In this document: piece after piece, positions 19,521 through 31,300 of the stretch | How positions within the stretch are numbered: the first letter of the stretch is position 1 | How the letters are laid out: every line of letters begins with the position of its first letter | DNA from: Diplonema japonicum | Lineage: Eukaryota > Protista > Euglenozoa: Diplonemea | Assembly (NCBI GenBank): GCA_964019335.1 | Contig: OZ025689.1 | Location: 310,001-374,000, forward strand | Length of the DNA stretch: 64,000 nt | Direction of reading: 5' to 3' | Notes under the pieces: generated by a model | Told to the model about the DNA's origin: nothing | What the model saw: only the letters and a program-made list of their open reading frames with translations | Database searches by the model: none | Translations under genes and position numbers: made by a program

Positions 19521-19964
19521 TTTTCTTTTCTTTTCTTTTCTTTTCTTTTCTTTTCTTTTCTTTTCTTTTCTTTTCTTTCGTGTTTTCTAGAAGCCGTGAA
19601 AAACGTTAGTGTTGTTTTCGATTCTAATGATAACCCGGTGTCATACCTTGTATGTACAAAATAAATGCAGCCACACCTGCCCCTGCATTGACAAGACCTG
19701 AAAGGGACACCAAGAATGTCAGCAATTTGTCGATTTTTTTCATTTTCCCTTTTCTTCCCCCCCACCTCCTATTTCCGTCCTCGTCGGTGCGAGTGGCGAA
19801 GAGAACGGGACAGCGAAAGGGATGAGCACGGAGACTCCACCACAACAGAAAAGCGAAAGAGAAAAGAATACGAGAAATTGAAAAGCCCAACCACAACCCC
19901 TCACCATTATCCCCGCGTTCTTTTAAAAAAAAAATGTTTGACTACTTTTCCATGTTGACCAAGG

Positions 19965-20246
19965 TCAAACCTTCAAGGCCGCGCTGATGGAACTGAGCAC
20001 ATTTTGGGTTTCCTTGGCTGTCTCGCACTTTCCTTGGCCCATTGTTCTTTTTGAATGTATGAGCTTTCCCGCTGGGAGGAGGGTCACTTCAAAGTTTCCA
20101 CTAACCCCAAAATCTTTCTTCTCGATCACTTTGACCGCGCTGCCAAATGTGTTTTCCACCACGCACTTAAGAGCACGGTAATGCGTGGAGTACCCACATC
20201 CGCCGCAGTACTGAATCTGCACGCTTACACCACCAATGCCCGACAT
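19965..20246 (-). CDS. SelW/Rdx-family thioredoxin-like protein, Cys homolog
   Basis: VQIQYCGGCGY (CxxC) and GVSGNFEVT...LIHSK are typical of the SelW/SelT/SelH Rdx family. Confidence 0.8.
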   Translation of the reverse strand: MSGIGGVSVQIQYCGGCGYSTHYRALKCVVENTFGSAVKVIEKKDFGVSGNFEVTLLPAGKLIHSKRTMGQGKCETAKETQNVLSSISAALKV

Positions 20247-20764
20247 TTGGTGTTCACACCCACCCTCCTTTTTCTTTTTTCAGGAAAAAAACAAAAAAAA
20301 TCAGCATCGAGAAAGTTTGTTTTGTAATCCTAAAGCACTGTAGAAGAGTCAAAAGGATAGGTAAAGTCGAAACCCTACCACCTTCCTTCCCCTTTGTGCC
20401 GCCTGGAACAAGTGCGTCTTGCAACGCTCACCCAGACATTATCTACTGGCTTTTAAATTGTTTGATTCATCATATTTCATTGTGCCCTCCTCTGTTCTCC
20501 AAATTTTCCGCTGTTGATTTACAGCGCCCTGATTACAAGAATTTCCACCGAATTTCAAAAAGAAAAAAGAAAAAAGAAGAATACCAACGGAAGGGGAAGA
20601 AGACACACTAAATAAAAAGAAAGAAAAAAAGAAAAAGAAAAACACAAAAGCAACTAGAGTGGCTTCGGGAAGGAGCAGGCAAGGTGAGTGAACAAAAGAA
20701 AAACGAGGGGGGGGGGGGGGGGGATGAGCTTGCGGCAAGAGATTTTTTTGTTTTTGTTTTCTTC

Positions 20765-20795
<31 letters not shown>

Positions 20796-21313
20796 ATTCT
20801 ATAAAGTTACATGAGGAAATTCCTAAAGAGCCATAAAAATCAGAAATCACCCCGTCGCAAGACACATACATTAATCGCCTCGCAAAATATGAGACGAAAC
20901 CCAACCAACCCAAACCACAGTCAGGTATCTGAGGCAAAAAACAGTCAGGCATCCGAGGCAAGAGGCATAAACACACTTTACCACGTTTCGGGCTGGCAAA
21001 TGCCGAAAATTACACTGGCCATGCATACAGACGTTCTTTTGCACAATACCTTCTTGATGAAAGAACCTGCTGTTTTGGCTGGAAGTCAGACCTGATCAAG
21101 CCCCGCACAAAACCAGCAGTTTCTGAAGAGCGATGATCAAGTGCCGACACAAATTACACAAAACCTACAGAATTCTGTCAATTTGACATCCTCTTCTCAG
21201 GCACTCAGGCTTAGTTTTGACATCAGTGTGAACATTTCGCAGAAGTGAACATAAAGGGTTCACAGTGTCCGAAATTTCCTCATTTAACTTTACAAAAATT
21301 AAATAAAATATCA

Positions 21314-21461
21314 TATTAAATAAAAATCAGCCAGATTTTTACTCGGAATTTTTCTTTTTCACTCGTTTTTTTGAATTTCACTCGCTTCGCTCGTGAAATT
21401 CAACTACCCGTGAAAGAAAAAATTCCTTGTAAAAATCAGGTAATCTGATTTTTATTTAATA
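21314..21461. repeat. About 148-bp imperfect palindrome with a perfect inner 11-bp hairpin
   Basis: Outer arms tattaaataaaaatcag...gatttttac..ggaattttt / aaaaattcc..gtaaaaatc...ctgatttttatttaata; inner arms ttgaatttcac / gtgaaattcaa. Confidence 0.75.
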
Positions 21462-21471
21462 AATAAGTAGT

Positions 21472-21505
<34 letters not shown>

Positions 21506-21728
21506 TGGAAATAGGGAAAGAGACGAAAAGAGGGGAAAAAAAAAAAATGAGAAAAAAAGAGACAAAGGAAAAACACTCGGCTTGGAAAATGGGCTTCTCA
21601 TATCTCTAAAGTGACAATAGGAGCACGTCCATTCTTCCCTTCTTCTGGATGGGCGCATAAGAATTCAACCCTCTCCCCCTCTCTGCGGAACTGCTGCGAG
21701 AATTGAGCGCTCTAGAGATATGAGGGAA

Positions 21729-21779
<51 letters not shown>

Positions 21780-21918
21780 GAAAACACAATTCAATATTCA
21801 ACACGAAAAGCTCTACTAGTAGTTCGAATTCACGGAGTCTCTATTTTGCTTAGAGTGGGGCATCGTAGAGATAGACGTATCTTGCAACATGCAAGCTCTC
21901 ACCTAATTAAAGACATTT

Positions 21919-24411
21919 TTATTTTGTTTTTGTATTACAAACCAACTTATCAAGGAGAAGGGAGACCTTCATCTGCCCTGTGGGGGACTGAGGGGCTTCG
22001 CTCGATGCTTCATCGATGGCGTTAAGCTTCTCCTCTTGGTTCTTCGTGAGGTCGAAGTTCAGAGACATTGCAAGAAACTTGACCTCTGCAGGTTTCATCG
22101 CGGAGGTAAGCACAGTGAAGGTTTCGTCTTCAAGAGTGTTGCCGGTCGGGTCTCGAACCTCGCGTTCTTCAAAGGAGATACCAGGGAACTTAAAGGTCAG
22201 GTCTTTCAAGGCATCCCCGAAGTGTCTGCTTAGCTCCTTCGTCGACATCATCCTCTGGTCGTCCTCATTGGGAGACACTGCCCATACGTCGATTCTCCTG
22301 CCTTCCATGTCTGCCACAGCCAGCGCCCTCAATGGTCCCAAACCCAAATCCTGCCCCATTCCTCCGCCTCCTGCCAGCCACATCCCGTCCCTCCAGTTGT
22401 TGTGCACTTTCCTCTGCGGCGGGTCGCTGAACGGGCAAGGTGCGTTCACATTCAACCGCATCACCATGGGATGCACCCTGCAGTGCAGCATCTGCATCAC
22501 CTCCTTCGGGAACGGTGTCAGTGTGAAGGACGTGTGGTTGCCCCTATGGGTGGTGTGGGGGAAAAGATTGAAAAAGAAAAAAAAAACACACCTGTTCCTC
22601 ATTAGTCTGCTGATATGCACACCCATGTCCGCAGGCACATTCCGCGGGAAGATGCTCGGAACATAGTACTGCGGTGAGGGAGGCAGGGTCTTGTCTTTGT
22701 AAGCGTGCGTGAGCGGGCCCACTTCGGTCGTGTAGGTGTTCTGTCGGTTAGTTTGTTAACATCAGCCCACAGACAGGCGCATACTTTGTAGAGAAGGTCG
22801 AGGTTGCAGAGCATCGTGAAGCACATGTCGATGTTCTGCTCTGTGGGCTCACGCTTCAGCTGCCTCAGAACACGCGAGAATAGAACGCGTGCAAGGTTCG
22901 TCCTGCGCAGTGTAGGTAGTGATAAGATAAAGCACATACGTGATGACACCCTCAAGGATAAGCCTGGTCGGCTCAGTCGCATCACATGCATTGATGTCGA
23001 TGAGCGGTACCTCCATCGTGGCCCGTTCGTAGTCAGGCGCCGTGCAAGCATGAGCGTAAGCAAAGACTGCTGAGACCATGCACGAAAGCCACAAGGGGTG
23101 CAGGAAGACACAGTCTTGTCTGCCAAGCTTCGAGGCCTGTCTGTCGAAGAGGTAGATGACGCCCCAATCATGAAGCATGGTGGTCACTTTGTGGAGCAGC
23201 TCTTTGGGGATCCCAAGCTGCTTGGCTATTGTGTTGTACGCCTTCATGGGGAGCAGCAGCGTCTCTTGTTCTTGATGGAGTTTGTGTATCGTCGCAATGA
23301 GCGACACCACATATCTAGGGACCTTCCCGTCTTGACCGAACTGTAAATCAGTTTTGCTACATTTATGACACAGTTCCGCGAGCCACTGGAAGAGGTCCTT
23401 GACTTTGGTGGGACCACCGTGGTTTTCCGGGATGACTGAGCGGTCTTTACACGACACGCAGAAAGACCCACCTACGAAGATGTTCTTGACGCCAGACTCC
23501 GGTCTGAATGTCTCGATGTAGTCGGAGATGAGTTTGCAGACTTTGTTGAGAATGAGAACGACGGTTTTCCGGGAAGAGTCTCTGAGGACGTCTTTGTGGG
23601 TGCCGATGACGACCATTTGTGCGCCGGGGCATTTTGCTTGGACAACGTCGGCCCATTGTTTCAACCGTTGTTCCTCCTTTTCGGAGATGCCATAATCCTC
23701 GAAGGTCTGCTCGACCCCGGACATGTTCCACACGAAGATGAAGAGCGTTCGGTTGGTTAGGAAGAGGGAGTGCGAGTGGTAGATTTCTTGCCCTGCGAAG
23801 TCGTTGATCTCGATGTCTATGAGCGAGTCACCGCCAACCTTAACACGGTGCCGCTGTGCGTCGATCCCAGTGGTGGTCCCCACCTCTGGGAGGTTCTTGA
23901 AGAACAACGGGTTTGTCGCAAAACATTTTCGGAGAGATGTTTTGCCGGCTTCGCCGGCACCGACTAGCGTCATCTTGTACCTTCTGATGGCAACCATATG
24001 AGGCCGCCGTTGAACTGGTGCATTGTAATATCGGAGATCGTCATTGACAGCGAGATATTTCTGAAGAAGAGCGTGAGGTGGATCGAGAACGGGTTCGATC
24101 TTGCTTACTGGGCTTGACGCCGTCATGATGGCTGCTGGGGACAGGCTCTGACCCCTCACCCTCCCTCCTTCGTCTCCGAGTCTGTTTACTACTCCTGCGA
24201 TGTCGGCCAGGTTTACGGAGCCGCCGGGTGCCTTTTGTTGAACGACGTCTTTCCGTTTCGCCCGCCAGCTCCCCGGGCTTTGGAGTGAGGCCTCATCTTC
24301 TTCTGTCGGGTCCTTGTGCCGCCTTGGCCGTTCCGATATGCTGCTGTGTCTCACCAAATTATTCCCCTCTTCACCTTCCTTTTCGATTTTCCCCGTGGCG
24401 AGGTTCAGCAT
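21919..24411 (-). CDS. Roc-COR (Roco-like) GTPase, multi-exon
   Basis: P-loop GAGEAGKTSL, DFAGQEIYHSHSLFLT, VIGTHKD, and COR-like LHDWGVIYLF / VFLHPLWL. The ORF continues in other frames across short introns. Confidence 0.75.
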
Positions 24412-25103
24412 TTTTTTTTCTTCTTTTCTTTTTAGATCCAACACCTCCCTACTTTTTTTTTTTGTTGTTTTCATTAGAAAAAACTAGGGTTAAAAAAAAA
24501 GGGGGGGGTCAAAGATCATTGTTTTGGGCTTTTTTTTCGTTTTTTTTTTGTCGGCCTTCTTTTTTTTTTCTTCTTCTTTTTTTTTGTTTTGCCTCATTTA
24601 CACTGCACTCCGTCTCTCCTTTAATTGCCCCCCCCCCCCCATTGTTTTGTCGTCATTCTTTTTTTTTTTTTTTTTTTTTTTTTTTGCAAGTTTCCCCCAA
24701 AGAAGTAGATAATAAAAAAATAGGGCAAGCAACACGAGAAAAAAAAAAAAAAAAAAGAGAGACATTTAAAAAAAAAAAGGAGATGACAGAAAAGCAAAAC
24801 AAAAAAAACTAGTTTGGTTGTTTGTGCGCACGAGCGGAATAACTCATTACGCTGCCATCAACATCAACTAGTTTTTAGTCTCGACAATGATCAATGATAT
24901 TGCTGAAACAAAGCAAAAGAAAAAAAAAGAGAAAAAAAAAAAAAAAGACAAAACATAAAAAAAAGAGGAAGGCCATGAAAATATGAAACTCTTGAAGTGA
25001 AAAGTTCATAACCCTGAATATCTTTTGAGCAACAGAACTTTCTCTCCCTTTCTAGTCTTTCATATGGTGAACAAAAAAAGGAGGGGGGGGGCTACTCATA
25101 TTG

Positions 25104-26783
25104 TCACTTCCTAGTCTTGTTCACCCTCCCCTTGGCAGAGGTTGTTCTGTACCCATTCGAGTGGTAGCTGTCTCTTTCCCAATTCCTGTCCCTGTCCCTG
25201 TCAACAAACCTGTCATCGTCGTAAGAAGAGGACTTGGAGGGCCGGGAGTATCTCTTCTCGTTGTCTCTGTCCTTGTCCCTATCATTCTCTTTCCAGTAGC
25301 AAGAGTCGTTGCTGTAGTCACTCAGGTTATCCTCCGATTTTCGTGCATAAGAATCCCTAGCAGGCAACCTGTCCTTTGCTCTCGATGAACTTCTGCTGTC
25401 TCTATCTCTATCTCTGTCTCTGTCAGCATAGTCACGTGGAGATCTTGCAGGTGCTTTGTGCTCTCTATCACTTCGATCCATCAAATCGAGCAACGCCCCT
25501 GTTCCTCGTGGGTCGCTTGCCTGAAGAAATGAAGGGTTTTTCCCCCCTTCTTTTGGGCTTAGTTGCATACCTTCCTCCGTGGTCTGTCTTCTTCGTACCT
25601 CCTCGACTCCTTTGACCTGTCCTCTTCCTGGTACCGTCTTTCTCGCTCATCTTTCATCCTCTCCAGCTCTCTTTTCGTGCTTTCCAGTTCCTTCTTTAAT
25701 TTCTGCTCGGCTTCCTTCCTCGCCACCGTGACCGGGCTCTCGTATTTCTCGAACACCTCTTCGAACTCCTTCATAAGGGCGTGCGTGCTGTTCTTCTCGC
25801 GCTCTATCTTCTGGCACTCGGCGTCGCAGCCATCGATGTTCTTCCCGAGAACGCGCAGTTCTTTCTTCAGTTCCTCTTCCTCCTTTGCGAGCGCATCACG
25901 CTTGACCTGAATTTTCTGCAGACGCGCCTCTACCGTGCGCTTGCGCAGTTCGGCATTGGGCATAGACGTACTGTACAGGTGCGCGATATTGTCGCACTTG
26001 CTGTTCAGATAGTTGGCAATGGCTTCCATGACGTCACGCACATTTGTGCTGGGCTTCTTCATCTGTTTATGTGAACTCAATAACAAATCATACCATTGAG
26101 TCAAAGGCATGACCGAGGTCCGTCAGCTGCACCTGCTGCTGCACAGGGTGCTGCGTAGGGTAGGCCTGGAGGCTGATCTGCGGGTGTGTGTATTGGGTGC
26201 TAAATGGCGCCACTGTAGAGGGTGGTGGGGACATTATCGGGGGCTGTGAGTAGTGCCCGTTCTGAGGAGGCTGTCCCACCGGTTCGGAAGGGGGCACTGT
26301 AGTGGTGGGCGCGGAGTAGAGCGGTTGTTGTTGCTGAGGTGACTGGAAGCTACGCTCGGAATACCCGTTCTGCATGGTGAAGGGCTGCTGCTGCTGCTGC
26401 TGTTGCTGGGGAGGAGGTGGCACAGAGTAGTTTTGTATCTGGGGTTGCTGTTGCTGAGGAGCAAAACCCGGTAGGGCCTCGTGTTGAAGTGCTGCGTTGC
26501 TGTTCAAACCGATCGGTGCATCGGGCACAGGTGCTGGGGGCGGCTCAGTCAACATGGGCTGAGGGGGTGGCTGCATCACTTGCGGCTGCTGATGGTTCTC
26601 CGCTGACCAACTCTGTTGCATGGGCGCTATCGGGGGCACAGGAGCCGCATCTACGGCAGGTTGGGGGGCAAAATACGGCGACTGTCCTACTTGCGGAAAG
26701 CTCTCAGCACCCGAGTACTGTACTGCCGGTGCCGGTGAGGGCACCATTCCTTGCGCAGCCATTCCCTCGGTATTGTACGCCAT
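25104..26783 (-). CDS. Gln/Pro-rich protein with a coiled coil and an Arg/Asp-rich tail; spliced, exact structure uncertain
   Basis: Three successive minus-strand ORFs (26088-26789, 25559-26110, 25104-25568) with intron-like junctions. Confidence 0.5.
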
Positions 26784-26873
26784 ATCCACCTACAGGGGTA
26801 TTGGTGAGAAGCATTAGATAGAAAGTTACACTTATAATCTCACAAAAGAAGAAAATAAGAAGGGACATGATGT

Positions 26874-27373
26874 TTACGCAACCAAGGCGGAGGCGGTGCT
26901 GGAGTCGTACTTCCAGTTGGGGGGGAGCCTGGTGTTTTTTTTTTTCTTTTTCTTTTTTTTTCCCCATACATCCTGGTGCGGCGGTAGTAACGAGCAAGAC
27001 GGTGGATCCTAGACTCGATAAGAATGAGCCTGAACTTCTGGTCCTTGTCCTTCCTGTTCTTCTCCATGTGCTTCCTCATCTGGACGGCCTTCTTGATCAT
27101 GTGGTAGAGGTCCTCAGGAGTCTCGGGGGCGAGACCAGCGTGCTTGAGGATGCGAAGAATCTTCCTCCCGGTGATGTTTTTGACCTGGGCAATACCGGCG
27201 GAGTCCCTCAGCTGGACACCGATCTGCGAGGGGGTCAGACCCTTCTTGGCGTACCTGGCGATCTGGTCAATCACCTCCTTCGAAGAGTGCTTCGCAGCCC
27301 ACGCAGCGGGGCTCCTCTTGTACGGCAGGCTGGAGTCAGCCATACCCTTCCCGAAGCTGTGCATACGACCCAT
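26874..27373 (-). CDS. RPS13: 40S ribosomal protein S13 (uS15), one 41-nt intron at 26929-26969
   Basis: [11 protein letters not shown]...[16 protein letters not shown]...[18 protein letters not shown]. Splicing restores the canonical end [17 protein letters not shown]. Confidence 0.95.
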
Positions 27374-28311
27374 TTTAGTGCTCGACCTCTAATCTGAAGA
27401 GAAATTAATATTTGCTAAAAGGAAAAAAAAGCCAAGTCAAACATTGGATATAAAAAAAGGGGGGGCAGGGATGTGGGAAAGAAATAAAATAAAAAACATC
27501 TTTGTGTTTATTCACTTAAAAAAAGGAGGGGGGGGGATTCATTTTATAAAAAGGAAACCACCTTTGTGACCCATTGCCATTTTCTAAAAGGCTAGGGCTC
27601 GGGAAGGAAAAAAAGGGAGGTCCTCTTTTTTTGCTGTTCTATTACTTAACTTTTAATTTGGTGGTGCTCGGGGTAAGAGGAGGAAGAGATATTTTTCTAG
27701 TTCACGGCCATTCTAAGCAAAGTGTCAATAATTGCATCATTTTTCAGGATGTTCGCTTGTGTCGTGTGGATCTTGTTCAGCTGCGTGTGTGTTTTTTTTT
27801 TTTTTTTTTCAATTTAAAAAAATGAGATAAGAACAGCAGGTGCTGCCAGGATGTTTAAATCTTTACCGAGCCGCGCCGCAGCTGGGTCAAGCTGTCGCCA
27901 GAAGATCGAATGCGTTGAAGGAGGCTTTGCTCAGGTTTTGAGGCTTTGTTCGTATTTGACAAACCCTTCACCAGCGTTGGTGCAGGATGCGTTGCGGACC
28001 GCTTTCGTGGATCCACGACAGAAAAGTGGAAACGGTGGGCCTACAGTAAGGCTCGAGGCCAGCTTTTTAAGTCTCGAAAATGAGAGGCTTTTGTACAAAG
28101 ACCAAGAAGATGCTGCAAAGCTGGGTGGAGAACAAAAAATCCACGGTAATCAAAGACTTGAGAGACAGGGTCGCATGTCGAAGGATAAGCATGGAGGAAC
28201 TGAAGCATGCGCTGAGGCAACTGAAGAAAAGGAAATCCAACAATGGTATCCAAACTTTTCATGTATCACATCTCTCCGACATTTCTAGATTATCATTGCC
28301 CAGATCTGGCA

Positions 28312-31300
28312 AAGGAAAGAAAAGAAAGAAAAGAAAAGAAACATGACGACCACCAACAAGAAGAAAAAGAGGCCCGCTCACCACAAGTCCAGGACGGAAG
28401 AAATCCTGGAGAAAGCCCGCGGTGAGCGGGTAAAGGACAACGCCGCCGCCAGGGCGAAGCGCACGAGGAGGTGGAGAGGAAGCGCGCAGAGGGGGTCACG
28501 CCGGTGGTGACACCCCCCCCGGGCAAGGGAAGAAGGCGGCCAGAAGGGCCAGACAGAAGGCAGCAGCTGCTGACGCTGCCACCGCCGCCGCTTCGGGCTC
28601 CGACGACTCTGTCGTCTTAATTAGCGAGTCGCCGGGCGTTGTCACCTCGTTCACGGTCGACACGCCAGAGGTCAGGAGGGCGAGGATGAGGACTGCTGCC
28701 GCCGACACCACTGCTCCTGCACCTGCTGCTGCCAACACCACTGCTCCTGCACCTGCTGCTGCCGACACCACTGCTCCTGCACCTGCTGCTGCCGACTCCC
28801 CTGCCCCTGCACCTGCTGCTGCCGACACCACTGCTCCTGCGCCTGCTCCAGCTACTGCTGCCGTGTGGTCTACTGCCGTCCTCACTGCCGCTGCCTGCGA
28901 CACCGCCCTCCCCATGTCGGACTCTGACACCGACGAGAAGAACACGGCCCCCGCTCCCGCACCGGCCCCGGAGCCTCACTGGGATCTGGTCCCCGACACG
29001 TGGGACGCCCCCATCTACACCAACACTGCTCCCCCTGAGGAGGTGCCCCGCGCCGTCGTCGCTCTCGACGACCTCCAGCAGGTGGACGCGATTCGCACTG
29101 CGAGGCCCACGGCCTCCCTGACCTTCGTCCTCTTGACGGAGGTTGCCGGTTCGACCACCCCATGCACCGTCATCGTACTCGCCGGCCAGCGTGTCGTGCA
29201 CAAGGCCGTGCACACCTTCTCGGTCGGGTCGAACCCCCCCTCCTACACCCCACTCGCTTCTTTTGATGGCGGCTCTGAGGTAGTGTACGTCAGCGTGAAA
29301 GCTGACAGCGTGAACGCGGCGAAGGCCAGGGTTCGGGACCTCGTCGCGACCCAGGGCGTGGCGGTGGAGGAGCAGGCGATCTTCCGCCCGAAGAAGATCG
29401 ACGGGAACGAGCCGCGGGCGCGGCACTGGAGCCACGAGGTGGGACTGCGGCTCCCGGCGGCATCCGTCCATGCGGTACTCCGGGCCTCGGGCGACGGCTG
29501 CATGGTCAGGACGACCGAGCGGCGCGGGGGGTACACCTACGTGCCCATCGTAGCGGAGGGGAGGGCGGAGGCCTTCCAGCTGGCGAAGGCACTGGGCGGG
29601 TTGTCCCTGGGGGTGGCCCATCGCAAGGGTTGGACCGTGAGGTGCCTGCCGGAGACGGAGCAGCGTCTGAGGGAGGCCCTCGCCAAGCAGAGGACAAAGC
29701 GTCGGTACCTGCTCACCGGAGCCCCGCTGTCTGTTACCAGGGCAGCCTTCGACGGGATGATGGACCACATCGGTTGGAAGCCGTCGTCCATCATCCGACG
29801 CTCTGACACGGCGTTCCAGGGCACGAGGCAACTCGTGTTCTTCATCGTCGCCGACGCCCCGCCCCCCAAGGCCAGGACATGGCTCTTCGGCTCTCGTCTC
29901 GTTCGACTGCACGACGCGGAAGACCACCCGAGCGTCACGCTCCCGCCCCGCACCAACAAGAAGGCTCCACCCGCGGCTCGGACACCGGTTGCGGCAACCA
30001 CGGCCCAGACGCCGACGCCGGCCCCTGGCCCCACGGTGCAGTCCACAGGGCTGCCGAGCACCAATCCGTGGTCATCTCCACCGAGCTCGGTTGCCCCTCC
30101 GCCACTTGGCACTGTGACTCCGGTCTCCTCTGCGGCTTCCCCGACCACGACACCTCCCCGTGACTCCCAGAAGAAGAATCCCGCACCGGAACCTGAGGTC
30201 CCGGCGCTCCTCGCGCTGATCCAGTCGATGCAGGCGACCATCGACGGTCTGCAGGCGACGGTCCGCGACCTCCAGGAGAAGATGGCAGCGTCACTTGGCG
30301 CGCCGGCGCCATCTGCAGACGGTGCTGGGCGGACGGCAGTTGCTGGGAAGGGCAAAGGCGGCAAGGCTGGGTCCAAGGCAGGGACGAAGGGGCACCAGGC
30401 GCAGGGCGTAAGCACGCCAGGCCCCTACCCGACATCGACGGAGCAAGGGGGCGGAAGGGGACGCGCCCAGTCGCTGGCTGGCGACTCTGCTACCCCCAAC
30501 GGGGTCGGCGTGGACGGGCAGCCTCTGTGGGCCCGGCCCCCGCCCCTGCCAATTGAGGTCCCGCTGAGCAGGGGGGGCGGCAGATCGACGACCACGCCCC
30601 CTCTCCTGGTCTCCCGCGCATACAGCCGAGGAGACACCTTCCACATCACTTGTACGACGTCCTCCCTTCCTTGATCCCTTCCTTACTTGAACGGATGTCG
30701 GCCAGGGACCTGCTGGGGCTGCTTGGGCTGGTTGAGACGAACCCCGGTCCACCTAAGAAGCTCCCACCCCCGAAGCCGAAGGGACTCAGGGTCCTGTCCT
30801 GGAACTGCAACGGTCTTGCCGCCAAGTGGTCAACCGTGTCCTACCACGCTGGATATCATTATGATCCAGGAGACACACCTTAGGGAGGGGCATGAGACAC
30901 CATACCTGCCTGGATACACGTCCTACAGGAGGGACCGCACAACACCGGTGACGGACGGCTCTGCGACGAGAGGCGGTGGTGTCATCACGTATGTCCGTGA
31001 CTGCCTTGCCTCGGAGGAAGCTCCTTTCGTACTCCCTGAAGGTGACAGTGTCACTGAGCGATTAGACGTGAGGATCTCCTGTGTGAAGCGCGTCCCGGTC
31101 ACCCTCTCCAACGTGTACCTCACGCCTGTGAGTATAAGCAGAGGAACAAGGGACCCCGAGTGCCTACGGCCGGGCAGCCTACCTGCGGGGAAGAACACGA
31201 TCGTTGCTGGCGACTTCAACGCATACCACAGCTCTTGGGATGCCAAGGTGACAACGCCCAACGAAAGGGGGAACGTGGTCAGGGACTGGCTTGACACCCA

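Larger units (their letters stand above)
11939..19579 (-). mobile_element. E2: full-length non-LTR retrotransposon, diverged sister subfamily of E1
   Basis: Same architecture and 3' terminus (ATTGGTATTTTG-An). The 11-bp TSD gtgttttctag occurs at 19580-19590 and 11928-11938. Confidence 0.95.

Noticed and set aside
19965-20246. Selenoprotein with UGA-Sec
   Set aside because: The motif is CGGC with no in-frame TGA, so this is a Cys homolog.
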